Positions 48,292 to 61,600 of a DNA stretch of 64,000 nucleotides are shown here, piece by piece (position 1 is the stretch's first letter; every line of letters starts with the position of its first letter). Under the pieces are notes generated by a model that saw only the letters and a program-made list of their open reading frames with translations, searched no databases and was not told the origin of the DNA. Source of the stretch: a virus; the IMG/VR virus record IMGVR_UViG_3300025168_000063, positions 1 through 64,000 of that record, one strand, 5' to 3'. The position numbers were made by a program, and so were the translations under genes.

Positions 48292-51200
48292 ATGGCAATA
48301 ATAAAATTAGGCTCAGGACATAAATATAAATTTACTTCATCGGGAAGTAATTTACAATTCAAGGAAGGAACGGATAATCCATTAGGATTAACGATTGCAT
48401 CTGGAGGATTACAATCTCATGGTAATCTGGAAATCATATCAGGTTCCGCAATATTCGATGGACCTTTATCAGCTTCAAACGCAGTTAGATTTACTGGACT
48501 GGGAGGAACATATCCTTCTACAGGAAATGTGAAAACCGTATACGTTCAAGCAGATGGAACAGTGCAGTTGGGAGTAATAGGTTCTGGTACAGTAGATAGT
48601 TCATCTGGAAATATATTTACATCAGACGGTAATCTAGTATCATCTAGAGAAATAGGATTAGGAGATTCAAATGTATCATTTATGCCAGGTGCATTTAATA
48701 CTGGAACTGCAACATTATTTATAGGTGGTAATGCTACATATGAAAATAGGATAGGTATTAACACAGCTACACCAAAAGAAGCATTAGAAGTAGCAGGAAC
48801 AATATCAGCAAGTGTAGACATCTATGCAGGTGGAGATATCTTCTGTGAAGGAATTATAACAGCTGATGAGTTCCATACGAGTGTTGTTTCAACATCTGTA
48901 CAATATTCAATTGGTAACACAGAGTTTGGCGATGAATCCTCTGACCATCATAAATTTACTGGTAGTGTAGAAATATCTGGTAATTTAACTGTCACAGATG
49001 ATGATAGTTATTTCTATGGCATGGTATCAATGAGTACATTATCATCCAGTCTAGGAATTGCAACTCAGGGAGGAATTCATGGAACAAGTACTCTAAGAGC
49101 AGACGGTAATGTAGACTTTAACGGTGATCTAGATGTAGATGGGACAACTAATTTAGATGTTGTAGATGTAGATGGTACATTAACCGTTGGTGAAGATGAT
49201 ACCGGACACAATGTTAAATTTTATGGTGCAAGTGCAAACGCATATATGGAGTGGGATGCAAGTGAGGATGGTTTAGTAATTAAACATAGCCCAGATGAAG
49301 TCGGATTGGGAGTATACACAACTTCATCAGCTATACCTTCAACACCACAATTCAAAGTAGGTAGAGACACAAACCAGTATGTGGGTATTAAAACATCTGA
49401 TAGAGATGCATGGATCGTTCATAGACAAGATGAAGATGATCCAGACAATGCATTAGTACAAGTAAGAACTCGTTTCCAGATATGGGATAGGAATAGTTCA
49501 TCTGGAAGTCATAGGTGGACATTCGAAAGTGCAGATGCATCAGGAGAAAATGTAGCTTCAGCTAGAATGTTAATTTCTTCCTCAGGTAACGTTGGTATAG
49601 GAACAACATCGCCAACAAAAACATTAGATGTAGTAGGTGATATATCCAGCACTACAACTGGTTCATTTGCTTATATAAGTGCTTCAGGCGATCTTGAAGT
49701 AAAAGGAAATGTATCAGCTTCAGGTACTATATCAGCAAGTGGATTACATGTAGTCGATAGAATTGACTTTGACGATAATCCAACAGTTTCAGATGCTGGT
49801 ATATACTGGAGCAATGCTTCAGACACAAAAGCCTATGTAAGAAGATTAGCTACAAACGACCAAATAGAAATAGGTTCAGATAACACAGTAGTGTTTACAG
49901 AAACAGATGGTGATACCACAAGGGCTACATTTACCCTAAATACAGGACAATTTGATTTCATTGGAAGTATATCAGCATCCAGTCATATAAGTTCAAGTGG
50001 AACTGGATCATTCACTGGTGGTGGTATATTTGAAGGTAACGTTGGTATAGGAACAACTAATCCACATCGCGCATTAGTAGTATCACAATCTGCTTTAATT
50101 GGTGGTACATCAATGAGTATAGCTAATTCATTTGGTGAATCAGGTAAAGCATTATTTTTTGATCATAGAACTGGAGCTACTACAGTACCCACCGCAAAAA
50201 TTGTAGGATGGGGTAGAAACAGTACAAGTCACCTACCATATCTTTCATTTGAAGTAAACAACACAACAGCTGCAGGAGCTTCTTCCTTAACACAGGAACG
50301 TATGAGAATATTAGCAGATGGTAACGTTGGTATAGGAACAACAGCACCAGAAGCTACGTTAGAGGTTCAAAGAGCAGCTTCTACATATGCAATAAACTTG
50401 GCCGATACATCCACTAGAGCAGGCCTGTTAGTAAAAAATTCATCACATGATAATTTCACATCTTTCACAAGAGGTGCAAGCGGCCTTCAGCAAATTCAAG
50501 GTGTCAATGACGTAGGAGATACTTCATACCCCCTATCACTGAATCCATTTGGTGGTAAGGTTTCTATAGGAGGTGCAGCTGCAACCCCATCCGAATCGTT
50601 AGATTTAATCGGTGGGTTAGCAATGGGAGAAACACTATCAACACGTAGAGTTTTATATCTAGGTGCTGAAACGGAAACAAGAGGACCATTCAATCCAATA
50701 GTAGGAGCTATTCAAAAATCAGGAAAATGTTTATTTTTAGATAAGGAATTCTCAGATGGTACAAATAGTGTCGTTATCTACAATAACGCAGGTGCTGGAT
50801 ATGTATCACATTCTTGGCAACCTTGGTCTCAACAATTAGCAGATGACTTCTATGGATTCTCACCAAACGGTTCTTCATTAACGGGTAGTGTAGCACCAAA
50901 TGGTTCTGGAAATGTTATCCAAATTACTTATGATGGAGGAGAAGCTACTCCAGGAGATGGTGGATTCTATCAAACATATACTGGAGAGGGTAAAACGGTT
51001 GTCCAAGTATTCCAAGCACTCATACCAGAAGGAAGATACTTAAATGCTCATGAAAATAGCCAAGGACGTGATAAAGACACTTACTGGTTAACTAACACTG
51101 CAGGAACTGGTAAATGGGAATGGTATGCTAGAGTCAACCACGTTGGTTCTTACAATTCCAATGGAAATACCTTTGGCTCTGCAGGACATGTAGCTCTTAA

Positions 51201-52698
51201 CGAATCTGATGTAGCAACCAAATGGTATTTAGCATCTTGTACTGCATATGATATGACTGACCAAACCGAAGATGTATTTAGAAAGGTTGGTATTGGAACA
51301 ACCAATCCACAATCACTTGTAACGATAGAAGGAAGTAATGGTATAGTTGTAGCTGGCACCGCTGAAGCAACCTATAAGGGATATTTACAGATCAATAGTA
51401 ACGAAGGTACAGCTACTCAAAAGGGAGGTATTGAATTCAAGGCAGCAGATAGTGGGAATGGCTATGGATTTAGAATATCTAATCCAGATCTAGGTAATGG
51501 TGAAACTCCACTATATTTCCAAAGAAGGTCAAATAACGCAGCATGGACAGACGCTATGACTATCCTTGGTACTAACGGCAACGTCGGTATAGGAACAACA
51601 ACACCAGGTGCAAAATTACATGTAGATGGTATCATATCAACAAGCAATGATATAATAATAGAATCAGGCGATCCAACATTACACTTCAAAGACACAGACG
51701 GAGCATATCAAGGACATGTTGGTGTAGCAAACACTCTGATGGAATTGAGAACGGATCAAAACGATGTTGATATTGAAATCAGAACAAATCAATTTGATAA
51801 CGCAATTTATATAGACGATTCAACTCAAAAAATTGGTATAGGAACATCAACACCAGATTCCACATTAACAGTCCAAGGTGATATTTCTGCAAGTGGAGTA
51901 GTGTTTGCAGCTAGATTCGAATCATCGGGTTCTGACACTGAAATTCAGATGGTGGATGACGTACTCGTAACTGGTAATCACACAGTAACCGGATCTCTAT
52001 CAGCTCTCAGAGTAACATCAAGTTTAGATGGTATGCATGTAAGTGGAACACTTAGTATAATAAATAAAGATGGACCAACCGCATATATAAAAACAAAAGT
52101 TGGTTCATTTGACGAGTATCATTTAAGAAACGATCAAGATGCATTTCAAATATACAACGCAACTGATGATAGGAAAGAGTTAGTAGCAGATGGAGCGGGT
52201 GGTATTGGTATTGGAGTTGCAACCCCACATGCAAATGGATTTGCATTACAAGTATCTGGTGCAATTGGAGTTTTAGGTGACAACGAACATGCGATAGGAA
52301 CCAAAGCAGCAAGATTAAGTGATGTATTCGCAGTACAAACAACAGTAGGTGCAATCTTTGAGACTGGACTTACAACTGAAGGTATAGGCAAGTTAAAAAC
52401 AGGTTCGGTAGTAGTTTGGAAAAATGGTAAACTGATCGAATCATATAAGGAAGATGATCATATGGTGATGGGTGTAGTTAAGCAAGGAAAAGATGAACCA
52501 ATCATATTAGGAGCAGAGCCAATTCTAGTAACTGGAGATGTTATGGAGGGAGACTTTCTGATAACATCAGACGTAGCAGGACATGCAAAAGCTCAGTCAG
52601 ACGAATATTTATTAAGAACGGGAACAGTAATAGCACAAGCATTGGAATCAGCGGAAGGTGAATCCAATTTAATCAAAGGTATGATCAGAAAACTATAA
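48292..52698 (+). CDS. Tail fibre with GNVGIGT repeats and C-terminal peptidase-G2-like chaperone
   Basis: Repeated GNVGIGTT.P; C-terminal GDFLITSDVAGHA...VIAQALE; start MAIIK after GGGAG. Confidence 0.8.
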   Translation: MAIIKLGSGHKYKFTSSGSNLQFKEGTDNPLGLTIASGGLQSHGNLEIISGSAIFDGPLSASNAVRFTGLGGTYPSTGNVKTVYVQADGTVQLGVIGSGTVDSSSGNIFTSDGNLVSSREIGLGDSNVSFMPGAFNTGTATLFIGGNATYENRIGINTATPKEALEVAGTISASVDIYAGGDIFCEGIITADEFHTSVVSTSVQYSIGNTEFGDESSDHHKFTGSVEISGNLTVTDDDSYFYGMVSMSTLSSSLGIATQGGIHGTSTLRADGNVDFNGDLDVDGTTNLDVVDVDGTLTVGEDDTGHNVKFYGASANAYMEWDASEDGLVIKHSPDEVGLGVYTTSSAIPSTPQFKVGRDTNQYVGIKTSDRDAWIVHRQDEDDPDNALVQVRTRFQIWDRNSSSGSHRWTFESADASGENVASARMLISSSGNVGIGTTSPTKTLDVVGDISSTTTGSFAYISASGDLEVKGNVSASGTISASGLHVVDRIDFDDNPTVSDAGIYWSNASDTKAYVRRLATNDQIEIGSDNTVVFTETDGDTTRATFTLNTGQFDFIGSISASSHISSSGTGSFTGGGIFEGNVGIGTTNPHRALVVSQSALIGGTSMSIANSFGESGKALFFDHRTGATTVPTAKIVGWGRNSTSHLPYLSFEVNNTTAAGASSLTQERMRILADGNVGIGTTAPEATLEVQRAASTYAINLADTSTRAGLLVKNSSHDNFTSFTRGASGLQQIQGVNDVGDTSYPLSLNPFGGKVSIGGAAATPSESLDLIGGLAMGETLSTRRVLYLGAETETRGPFNPIVGAIQKSGKCLFLDKEFSDGTNSVVIYNNAGAGYVSHSWQPWSQQLADDFYGFSPNGSSLTGSVAPNGSGNVIQITYDGGEATPGDGGFYQTYTGEGKTVVQVFQALIPEGRYLNAHENSQGRDKDTYWLTNTAGTGKWEWYARVNHVGSYNSNGNTFGSAGHVALNESDVATKWYLASCTAYDMTDQTEDVFRKVGIGTTNPQSLVTIEGSNGIVVAGTAEATYKGYLQINSNEGTATQKGGIEFKAADSGNGYGFRISNPDLGNGETPLYFQRRSNNAAWTDAMTILGTNGNVGIGTTTPGAKLHVDGIISTSNDIIIESGDPTLHFKDTDGAYQGHVGVANTLMELRTDQNDVDIEIRTNQFDNAIYIDDSTQKIGIGTSTPDSTLTVQGDISASGVVFAARFESSGSDTEIQMVDDVLVTGNHTVTGSLSALRVTSSLDGMHVSGTLSIINKDGPTAYIKTKVGSFDEYHLRNDQDAFQIYNATDDRKELVADGAGGIGIGVATPHANGFALQVSGAIGVLGDNEHAIGTKAARLSDVFAVQTTVGAIFETGLTTEGIGKLKTGSVVVWKNGKLIESYKEDDHMVMGVVKQGKDEPIILGAEPILVTGDVMEGDFLITSDVAGHAKAQSDEYLLRTGTVIAQALESAEGESNLIKGMIRKL

Positions 52699-52699
52699 C

Positions 52700-55600
52700 A
52701 TGGCAGATATTTTTATATATGATGGACATATAAGTTCGAGTGATGGAATCAAACTACAAGTTTCCGAGTCCAACGCACTTTTCATATCCCATTCAGAAGG
52801 ACTAGGATTTGATTTAGGTGGCTATGGCCCAAAGGTTGGAATTGGTACAATAACGCCTAGTGTTCCTTTAGACGTTGAAGGAGGAATTCTTGGAGCCCAC
52901 ATTGCTAGATTTACCAGAGTACAAGGATTAGGAGGTACCAACGCTCAAGTAGCAATAAATGCAAACTCAAGCGATCCTCAAATACAGTTTGCCCGCGGAA
53001 CGGGTGCTTATGCTATAGGCTTGAATGATGGTGATAATTCTTTTCAAATAATTGATGGAACTACAATATCTGGTGGTACTGCAAGATTTACAATAAACTC
53101 ATCGGGTAATGTTGGTATAGGAACAACCAATCCTCAATCATTGCTAACCGTGAGTGGATCAGATGGAGGAAATTTCACAACTTTCTTAAGATTTGGAAAA
53201 GATAATTATACTGCTGGTTCAGGACCTGCCATGTTCTTTAAGACAAGTCCCAACACAACTTTGGATCGATATGGTGTAAAACTAGGAGCGATAAGAAAAG
53301 GTAGTGGAACTGCTGAATTTGTAATAGAACAAGAATTGGATAATGGTTCTGGTGGTGCAGGCGGATTAAGTGAAACGCTCAGAATTACTAGTTTTGGAAA
53401 TGTTGGTATAGGAACATCTACAGCAACTGCAAAGTTAGAAGTAATTGGAGACATAAGTGGATCTGGAGCTGCATCTTTTGAAACAAATCTAAAAGTAGAT
53501 GGAAAAGTAGCAATAGCAGCTCCCAACAACACCTCAACTGCAGATTTAATTATTGGTGATGGAACCACCAATGTAAATGTAACTCTGTTTGGAAATGAAG
53601 ATTCCGCAACGCAAGCATCCTTATGGTTTGGAGACGTTGCTTCAGCAGCATCGCCTCACTACGGTGGATCGGGTTTTGTATATGATGGAAACGATAATCA
53701 TCTTACAATCCGAAAAGGTGGTTCTACAAATAATTTATTTACAATAGACGCAGATAATGGAAACGTTGGTATAGGAAAAGTATCAGGTGATCCTACTGCT
53801 AAATTAGAAGTAGTTGGAGATATGATAGTAGGAGGTATTGAAACAGGAAATATAATAAGTTCTCCTCAATACTTCAGTGGATTTGCAGGTTCAGGATTTA
53901 GAATACAATCAGGTTCAACTGGTGTGAAAGCGGAATTTGATAATCTATCAGTTCGTGGATCATTTCAAGTATATGAATTAGTTGCAAATCAAGTAAGAGC
54001 AACAAACGGATCTTTATGGATATCTAATGCAGGAAAAATAATATCATCATCTCAATTAGATGGATTTGGAGGAGCATCTTGGCCGGTATCTTTTTCAATG
54101 TTTTTTGAAACTGGAAGTGATACATTAGATCATGGATTTGTGAGAGGAGACGTGATCCGATCTCAAAAATTTGACGGTTCAAACGTTTTTCAATCAAACA
54201 TGATAGTTTGTTCTAGAAGTGATAGTGGATCGATAATAGCAGCCTTGGAAGATCAATCAACACCACCATCCGCAAGCATGGATTTTGTGAGAATTGGTCA
54301 TACATTCGATGAAGATAGAGATGCAGCAATATACTTGACAGCTGAAGATACAAATGCACCATATATAGATGTTATAGACGGAGTAGATAGTCATACTGCA
54401 TTTGCTCAATCAGATAAAATAAAAGTTAGATTAGGAAATCTAGCAGGAATAACAGATGTTAATGTAGGAGGAGCTTTAAGTGGATATGGATTGTATTCAG
54501 AAAATGTTTATTTAACTGGAACGATAAAAGCGGTAGCAGGAGAGATTGGAGGTTTTGGACTTAACGCAACTTCTATCTCAAGTTCAAATGATAATTTAAT
54601 TTTAAGATCCACAGGACAAATAACAGCATCCGATTTCTTATTTGATGGATCGGGAACAATAGACGGAGATGTAACAATTGGCAGCAACGTTACTATAGCA
54701 GGGCAACTGTCAGTAGGAGCACTTCCAAATCTTCCATCGGATGAAAGTTTGGTAGGATATTGGAATTTTGACCAAGGAACAGGAAGCCTTATCAGAGATC
54801 AAGTCGGTAGTCTTGATTCAAATGGAAACCGATATGATATCCCAACTGTCGATCCTGATGGAACTCCTGATAGTTTAGGTGCATTTACATCTGAGTCAAT
54901 AAGTGGGATTGCATGGAAACGCGACTCCGCTGGTAGTGCTCAATACGCTATCAATGTTACATCATCTTTCTCATCATCATTTGGAAATGCATGCTCCGGA
55001 TCTATATCCTTTTGGTTAAATACTGACTTATCTACTAATGGTGATGACCAGAGTAAGATATTTGGTGAAAACGGTGAAAACGCAGGATTTAACAAAGAAG
55101 ATTTCTTCTTCATTGATCAACAACCAGGAGGCCAAATCAGAATGTTAGCTTATTCTGGTAGTGGTGGTACTGGAGGTTTTGGAACCGGAAATGAATACGT
55201 AAGTGCACAGGGCGCTGGAACTTCACTTACTATTCTGCAGGATCTTGGTACTAATGCAGGTTCTGGAGGAGGAAGAGGAATCTCATCTAGTTTAGCTGCA
55301 GCTAATAGTGGAAGTAAAGGTTGGGCACATTGGGTAATTAATTGGGGATCTGGTTCTAACTTTGTTGGGAACTCTGACCATGCATTTAGAATTTATATAA
55401 ATGGGGAGAAAGTGTCTCATAGGATTATGACTGGTTCAGATGCACGAATAAACTTCCGTCCATACAACCAAAGGCTGGCATGGATAGGCCAAAAAAATGA
55501 TGACGCAACCATAGACGAAATCCGGATATATAATAGTGTTCTAACACCCAATGAAGTTAGAGCGTTATACCTATCTCCAGCTGGAATGAATACGGGAACA

Positions 55601-58600
55601 ACTGTAACCGGTGATCAAATACAAACTGGCCAGATTAGATCTAACAATTGGAATAATGATACTGATGGATCAATGATTGATCTTACAAACGGTAGAATGC
55701 ATTTAGGTGGATTGGAAGCAAACGCAAAATTACACTTTGATGGAACAAATTTATCAGTAGCAGGAACAGTATCAGCATCCGCTGGTAATATAGGTGGTTG
55801 GAAAATTGAATCAGATAAATTTGTAGATGGTTCAGATACAATTCGTTTAGAACCAAATGGAACTTACGTGATATCATCGTCTGAATTCCAAGTGGATCAA
55901 GCAGGATCAATAACAGCAAGTTCTGCAAACTTCTCGGGTAATGTAACATCATCACAAGCATTGATTGGTGGGTGGACAGTTGATTCAGGATCCATATCAT
56001 CTAACAATGCAAAACTAGATGCGGCAGGAAAATTATCACTGAGCTCTTCTAAATTTACTGGCACTGGAATACAACTGGAAAACAACTCAGGAGCTCCAAG
56101 AGCATATATTGGTGATGGAAATTTAACTGGTAGTTTTATACAATACGATGAAACAAACGGAGTAAGATTAGGACCAGCAGTTACTTTAGCATTTGGTAGT
56201 ACAATGCTGCCAGGCGAAAATATATTGAATGATTTTTCCAATCTATCAATAACAGATCCATGGGTAGCATCAGCAACACCAAATTATTATCCAATTGGTG
56301 AAGCAACAGATAATGAAGTATCAACATCAGTCGGACCACATGGACTCAATGAAAAAGTTTGGGTAGCATCACCAGATTCAGATACAGATGGTGGTGGATG
56401 GATGTCAGATTGGTTTGAAGTAGATCACTCACAAACATATCAATTTTCTGTGTATGTAAAATTCCCAGCTGAATCTAGGATGACTGGTTCATGGTACATG
56501 GGAGCACGTTCTGGAGATGAGAATATATTTATAGGTGCATCTGGTTCACAAAACCCAGCTACAAATCCTGGCCAAAATTCAGCGTATCACTGGCCAAAAT
56601 ATTATTCAGTTCCAACTTTTGGCCCACACGGTCACCACTACGACCATGCCCATTACACATCTACAGGTCAAGCTTTAGCAGCAGGAGCTGCTTTAGGAGC
56701 GATGCAAGATTATCAAGCTGATAATAGTGGCATAACTAACTGGAATCCATACTTCATGCATCTTACTGGAGATGGAACAAACTCCAAAGGACACTTCACA
56801 CAATCCATTGCAGAAGGAGGTTTAGGAGGACAACAAGATCGTTGGTATTTATGTGTAGGATATATACATGGTTCTTCATCTTTATATAATAATTCTGTAG
56901 GTGATATAGGTGGTATGTATGATACTGTAACTGGAAGAAAGGTTAGAGATGGAAATGACTTCATCTGGGGTTCAGGATCCCAATGGCTTTCCGTACGAAG
57001 TTTCCACAATCATGATGCATACGGTGCAGATGACGATACACCATACACACTTTGGGCAAAACCAGCAGTTAAAAAAGTCACACAAGCAACAACAGACATA
57101 AGTTCATTTATTGATATAGGTTCAGCAATTGCAACCGGTCAATATTCTGGATCAAGTACATTCATAACAAGCACATCAATCTTCTCACCAAACATAGCTG
57201 GTACAGATGGATATATATCCAATAAACTTACAGTAGGTACTGCAGGTTCGGGTGTGACATTGGATGGTACAAATAAAAAATTATTCCTTGGAACGGGAGA
57301 TTGGAAAGGTAGTAATACTCCGTTCATAGCTAGAGATTCTGGATCCGATTTCTTAACAAACGGATCATTGACAAATGGAACAACTGGTTGGACAATAGGT
57401 GGTAGTCATTTAACTACTACAAATGCCCCCGAAGTAACAAATTTAATTACAAATGGATATGGTTATCAAGCAATTACTAATTTAGTAGTTGGACTTAGAT
57501 ACGATCTGAATTGGATCATTCCATCCTCCACAGGAACTTGGTCATTCTACGTATCAGACGATACAACATATAATACTGGAGTAAATGGAGTCACAACTGC
57601 TGATACCAGCAATACTGGTTTTAACGCAGGACAGAAATCATTCACAGCCCATCAAACAACTGCATATATTTTTGCATTTAATATAGGAGGTGCGGGTACG
57701 GTGGGAACTTGGCCACAGCTGTCTGTAACCCAAGAAGGTGTATTCAGTCTAGGTGATAAGTTTGCTTGGGATGGATCAACATTACAAATAACTGGATCTT
57801 TATCTTTAACAGCAGGAGATGCATCAGCAAGTATATCTCAACTGAACGTCGACTCAGCAAGCTTTTCAACCTTAATAGCAGATCATTCATCATCAGCTGC
57901 ATCATCAATAACTCAAAACGCAGATAGTATAACAGCAGCAGTTTCAGTGAACGATGGTCAAGCATCAAGTATATCACAACTTCAAATATCAACTGGAGCA
58001 ATAGAATTAGAAGTTAATTCACTTAATGAAGCATCTGGAGCATTATCTGGATCAGTTGTAGAATTAAACTTAACTACTGCATCAATCAATCTATCAGTTG
58101 CATCTATTCAAGGACAAGTAACTCAATCACAATTCAACAACTTGGATTGGTCGCAAGGATATTCAGGATGGAATTGGCATGGTTCTACTGGTAATTACCA
58201 AGGCCTCAATTCAGTTGGAGAAAATCTAGATGGGTGGACAACTGGATCAATGTCACACCTTAACGGTATAGCTTATACATCTGGTTCTCTTGCAGGAGCA
58301 AAAATGTTTGAAGTTGTGTCTGGATCAAATTTATCTGGTTCTAGATTTGGTAGAGCATTAGAAGCTAGGTCTTCAGAAAACGGTAATCAGACATGGGTAT
58401 ATGGCTCAGAAGCAGTACCAATAGATACTGACAGAGTTTATCAAGGACGTGTTCGAGTGAGAATGGCTCATGTTGGAGATAACGGTGAAACTTACTCAGG
58501 ATTCTACGCAGGATTTGCATGTTTGGATCAGTTTGGTAATCAGATATCAGAATCACCAGGCACACACAGATACTTTACCGTAGGAGGAAAAAATATATTA

Positions 58601-61600
58601 CCTTCAGATCCATACACATGGAATGAATACAGTGGATCTATTTCAAGAACAACAACTGAAGCAGGAGGAGCAGGATCTGAAGATTTAAGTTTGATTGGAG
58701 ACTTCATAGGAAACAATGGTAGAGCATCGGGTACACCAACTACTCATAACGTATTCAAAACTGGAACCAAATTTGTCAGACCAATGATGATTTTCAACTA
58801 CAGCAATAAAGACACTGCAATGCAAGTGGATGGATTCACAATTGAAGATGTGACTCCAACAGTACAATCTAGTGCAAGTATATCAATCACTGACACTCAA
58901 GTTCAAACAAACGTTTCAAACATATCAGGAAACTCGTCAACCATAACACAAAATGCAGATGGAATAACCTTAGCAGCTGCCACGGCAAGTGATGTGGCAA
59001 GTCTAGCAATCAATCCACAAGGTGTACAAATATCTGGATCTAATCTGGAATTTAGTGGATCCTCATTCTACTTTGGAATAGGAGCAGCTCAGTCAGGATC
59101 GGGAGCATTCATATCAGGTTCAAATGGTAATATAGAAATATCATCATCCAATTTCCACATACAAGCATCTGGTAGTGCAATCTTCAGTGGTTCAATATCA
59201 GCAAGTGATGGTGATATTGGAGGGTGGTCATTACAACCTGGAACATTCTCATCTAACAATATAACACTCGATTCAGCGAATGAAATAATAACTCTTGGTA
59301 GTGGTAATGAAATAACATTAGATGGTGATGGTAGTGGCCACGTAGCAGGTGGAAATGTAGCTTGGACATCCACTGGAGATTTAACAATAACAGATGCATC
59401 CATTGAAGTAAATAGTCTTCCAAGCTTACCATCATCTGATAAAACAGTTAGACATTATGCATTTGATGCTGGACATGGAACAACGGTCCTAGACCAAGGT
59501 GGAACTGCACAAAATGGAACATTAACCGTTTCTACTGGCACACCAAACGGACTACCGACTTGGATATCAGGTTCTGGAATATCAGGATCGGTATCTGGTA
59601 AAGCACTAAGCTTCAATGCTATTGCAGTACCTCATTCTGGTTCAGGTCAACATATTGTCATACCAACATTAGCTATTGATTCTAACGGTGCTGGAAATGC
59701 ATTTGCAATTTCATTCTGGGCCAGAAAAAGCTCTATAACAGATGATTTCTCCGTGGGCTCGTATAACTACCAAAGAATATTCAGAGGAGGTAGTAGTAAT
59801 AATTTCATTGACCTCGGTATAGCATCTGGTAAGTTTAGATGGAATCACGAAGGAACAGATAATACTGGAGGTAATCATTCTGTCTTTAATTCAAGTGTAA
59901 CAGCTGACACAGAATGGCACCACTATGTACTAGTATCCAAATATGAACTGAACGAATTATATATTGATGGAGAACTGGAAGGTACGGATGCATGGTCAGC
60001 AACTGGAAATTCAGCTCAAAACTATGGAGCAGGTTTTAGTTTCACAGGAATTGGACAAGGTGGTGATTTTGCTTCCAGTCAATATTCTCCAAATTATGGA
60101 GATGGTTGGAATGGAGCATTAGATGAAGTAAGAATTTACACTGGAAGTTTATCGCCCAACGAAATAAAAGGATTGTATCTCAACCCTGCAGGAGATAAAG
60201 GTACTAAAATTACTGGTGATCAAATAACCACTGGAAAGATAAAATCGAATAATTGGAACGATAGCAACGCAGGTTCACTGATTGATTTAGATGAAGGAAC
60301 TGTACATCTAGGAGGTTCTGGATCTAATGCAAATTTCTATTTCAATGAAGCAGGCGATCTTTCAATAACTGGATCTATCACAGCTGAATCCTCAACTATT
60401 ACTGGAAACATTTATGCAGATAATATAGTTACCAATAGTGGATCAATTGGTGGATGGACAATTTCAGCAGATAGTATTGAATCGGGAAGTTCTAATACTG
60501 CGGGTGGTGATAGTATTAGGTTATGGGGATCTCCAACTGTAGTTGGTACCAACGCATATCAATCAACTCAGACAAAACTACAAGGATTATCAATACAATG
60601 GCATGAATCTAATAATGCAGGACATATTGTATTTGGTGATGTACTGACAGATGCAAATGGAGCTCCAGAAGATCCTAACGGTACTCCAGCTTATAATGGT
60701 TGGAAAGGAATTCAAGCGCAGAAATATAACGAGGATAATCCATACTTCCAATTAGCCTTTAACACGGATGGTGCTTTTGCAACTAAAAATATAATTGCAG
60801 GGTGGGAATTCACTGAGCAAAAAATAATAAATTACAATGGTACTGAACCATTGTTAGAATTAAAAAATACAACAACAGCAGGCGACTTTATAATCTCAGC
60901 ATCCAACTTCCAAGTAGACACAGCAGGAGCATTCACAGCATCAGCTGGTCTCATTGAAGGTGATGTAAGAATGCGTGGTAAGTTAGAAGTATTAGATCCA
61001 ACTGGAGTACAAACACATACATTATATGCAAGAGGTACTGATTTTTCTAACATAAGTACTCATCCAGCTAGAGTACAAGGTGGAAACAACATCAGTGAAA
61101 CTTCATTCACGATAGGACAGAATTTGGTAATTCTGTCTGAAAGTGTTGCGGGTGTTCTAGAGAAAAGACATAAGTCAGCATATGACACCCATAACTCAAT
61201 TGCTAACGGTAATACACTGGCAGGAATCTTGATGGGTACTTCAACTTATTCTGATGTGAATGGAAATGCAACAACATTAGAAGGTACTGACGTGGTATTG
61301 ATTGTTTCTCACGATGCATCAAAGATATCAACAAATCTACATGCTGCATTAAAATCTGTAGGAGGTACAAATCCACATGCAAGAGATTCAAGCCAAAACG
61401 TTCAAGCAATACCAACTACTGCTACAAGCAGAACGCCCTACGCACTTATTGGACAACAAGGTTTAGGACATGGAAATGGTTTTGAAAAAGTTGGTAGATA
61501 TGATGAAGCAGACCATCCAAGCGGTTCAGCCGAAATAACTGCATTTTTCAAAAATGGACAAATTAGTGCAAACACTTCTACTGGAACTGAAATTGCAGGT

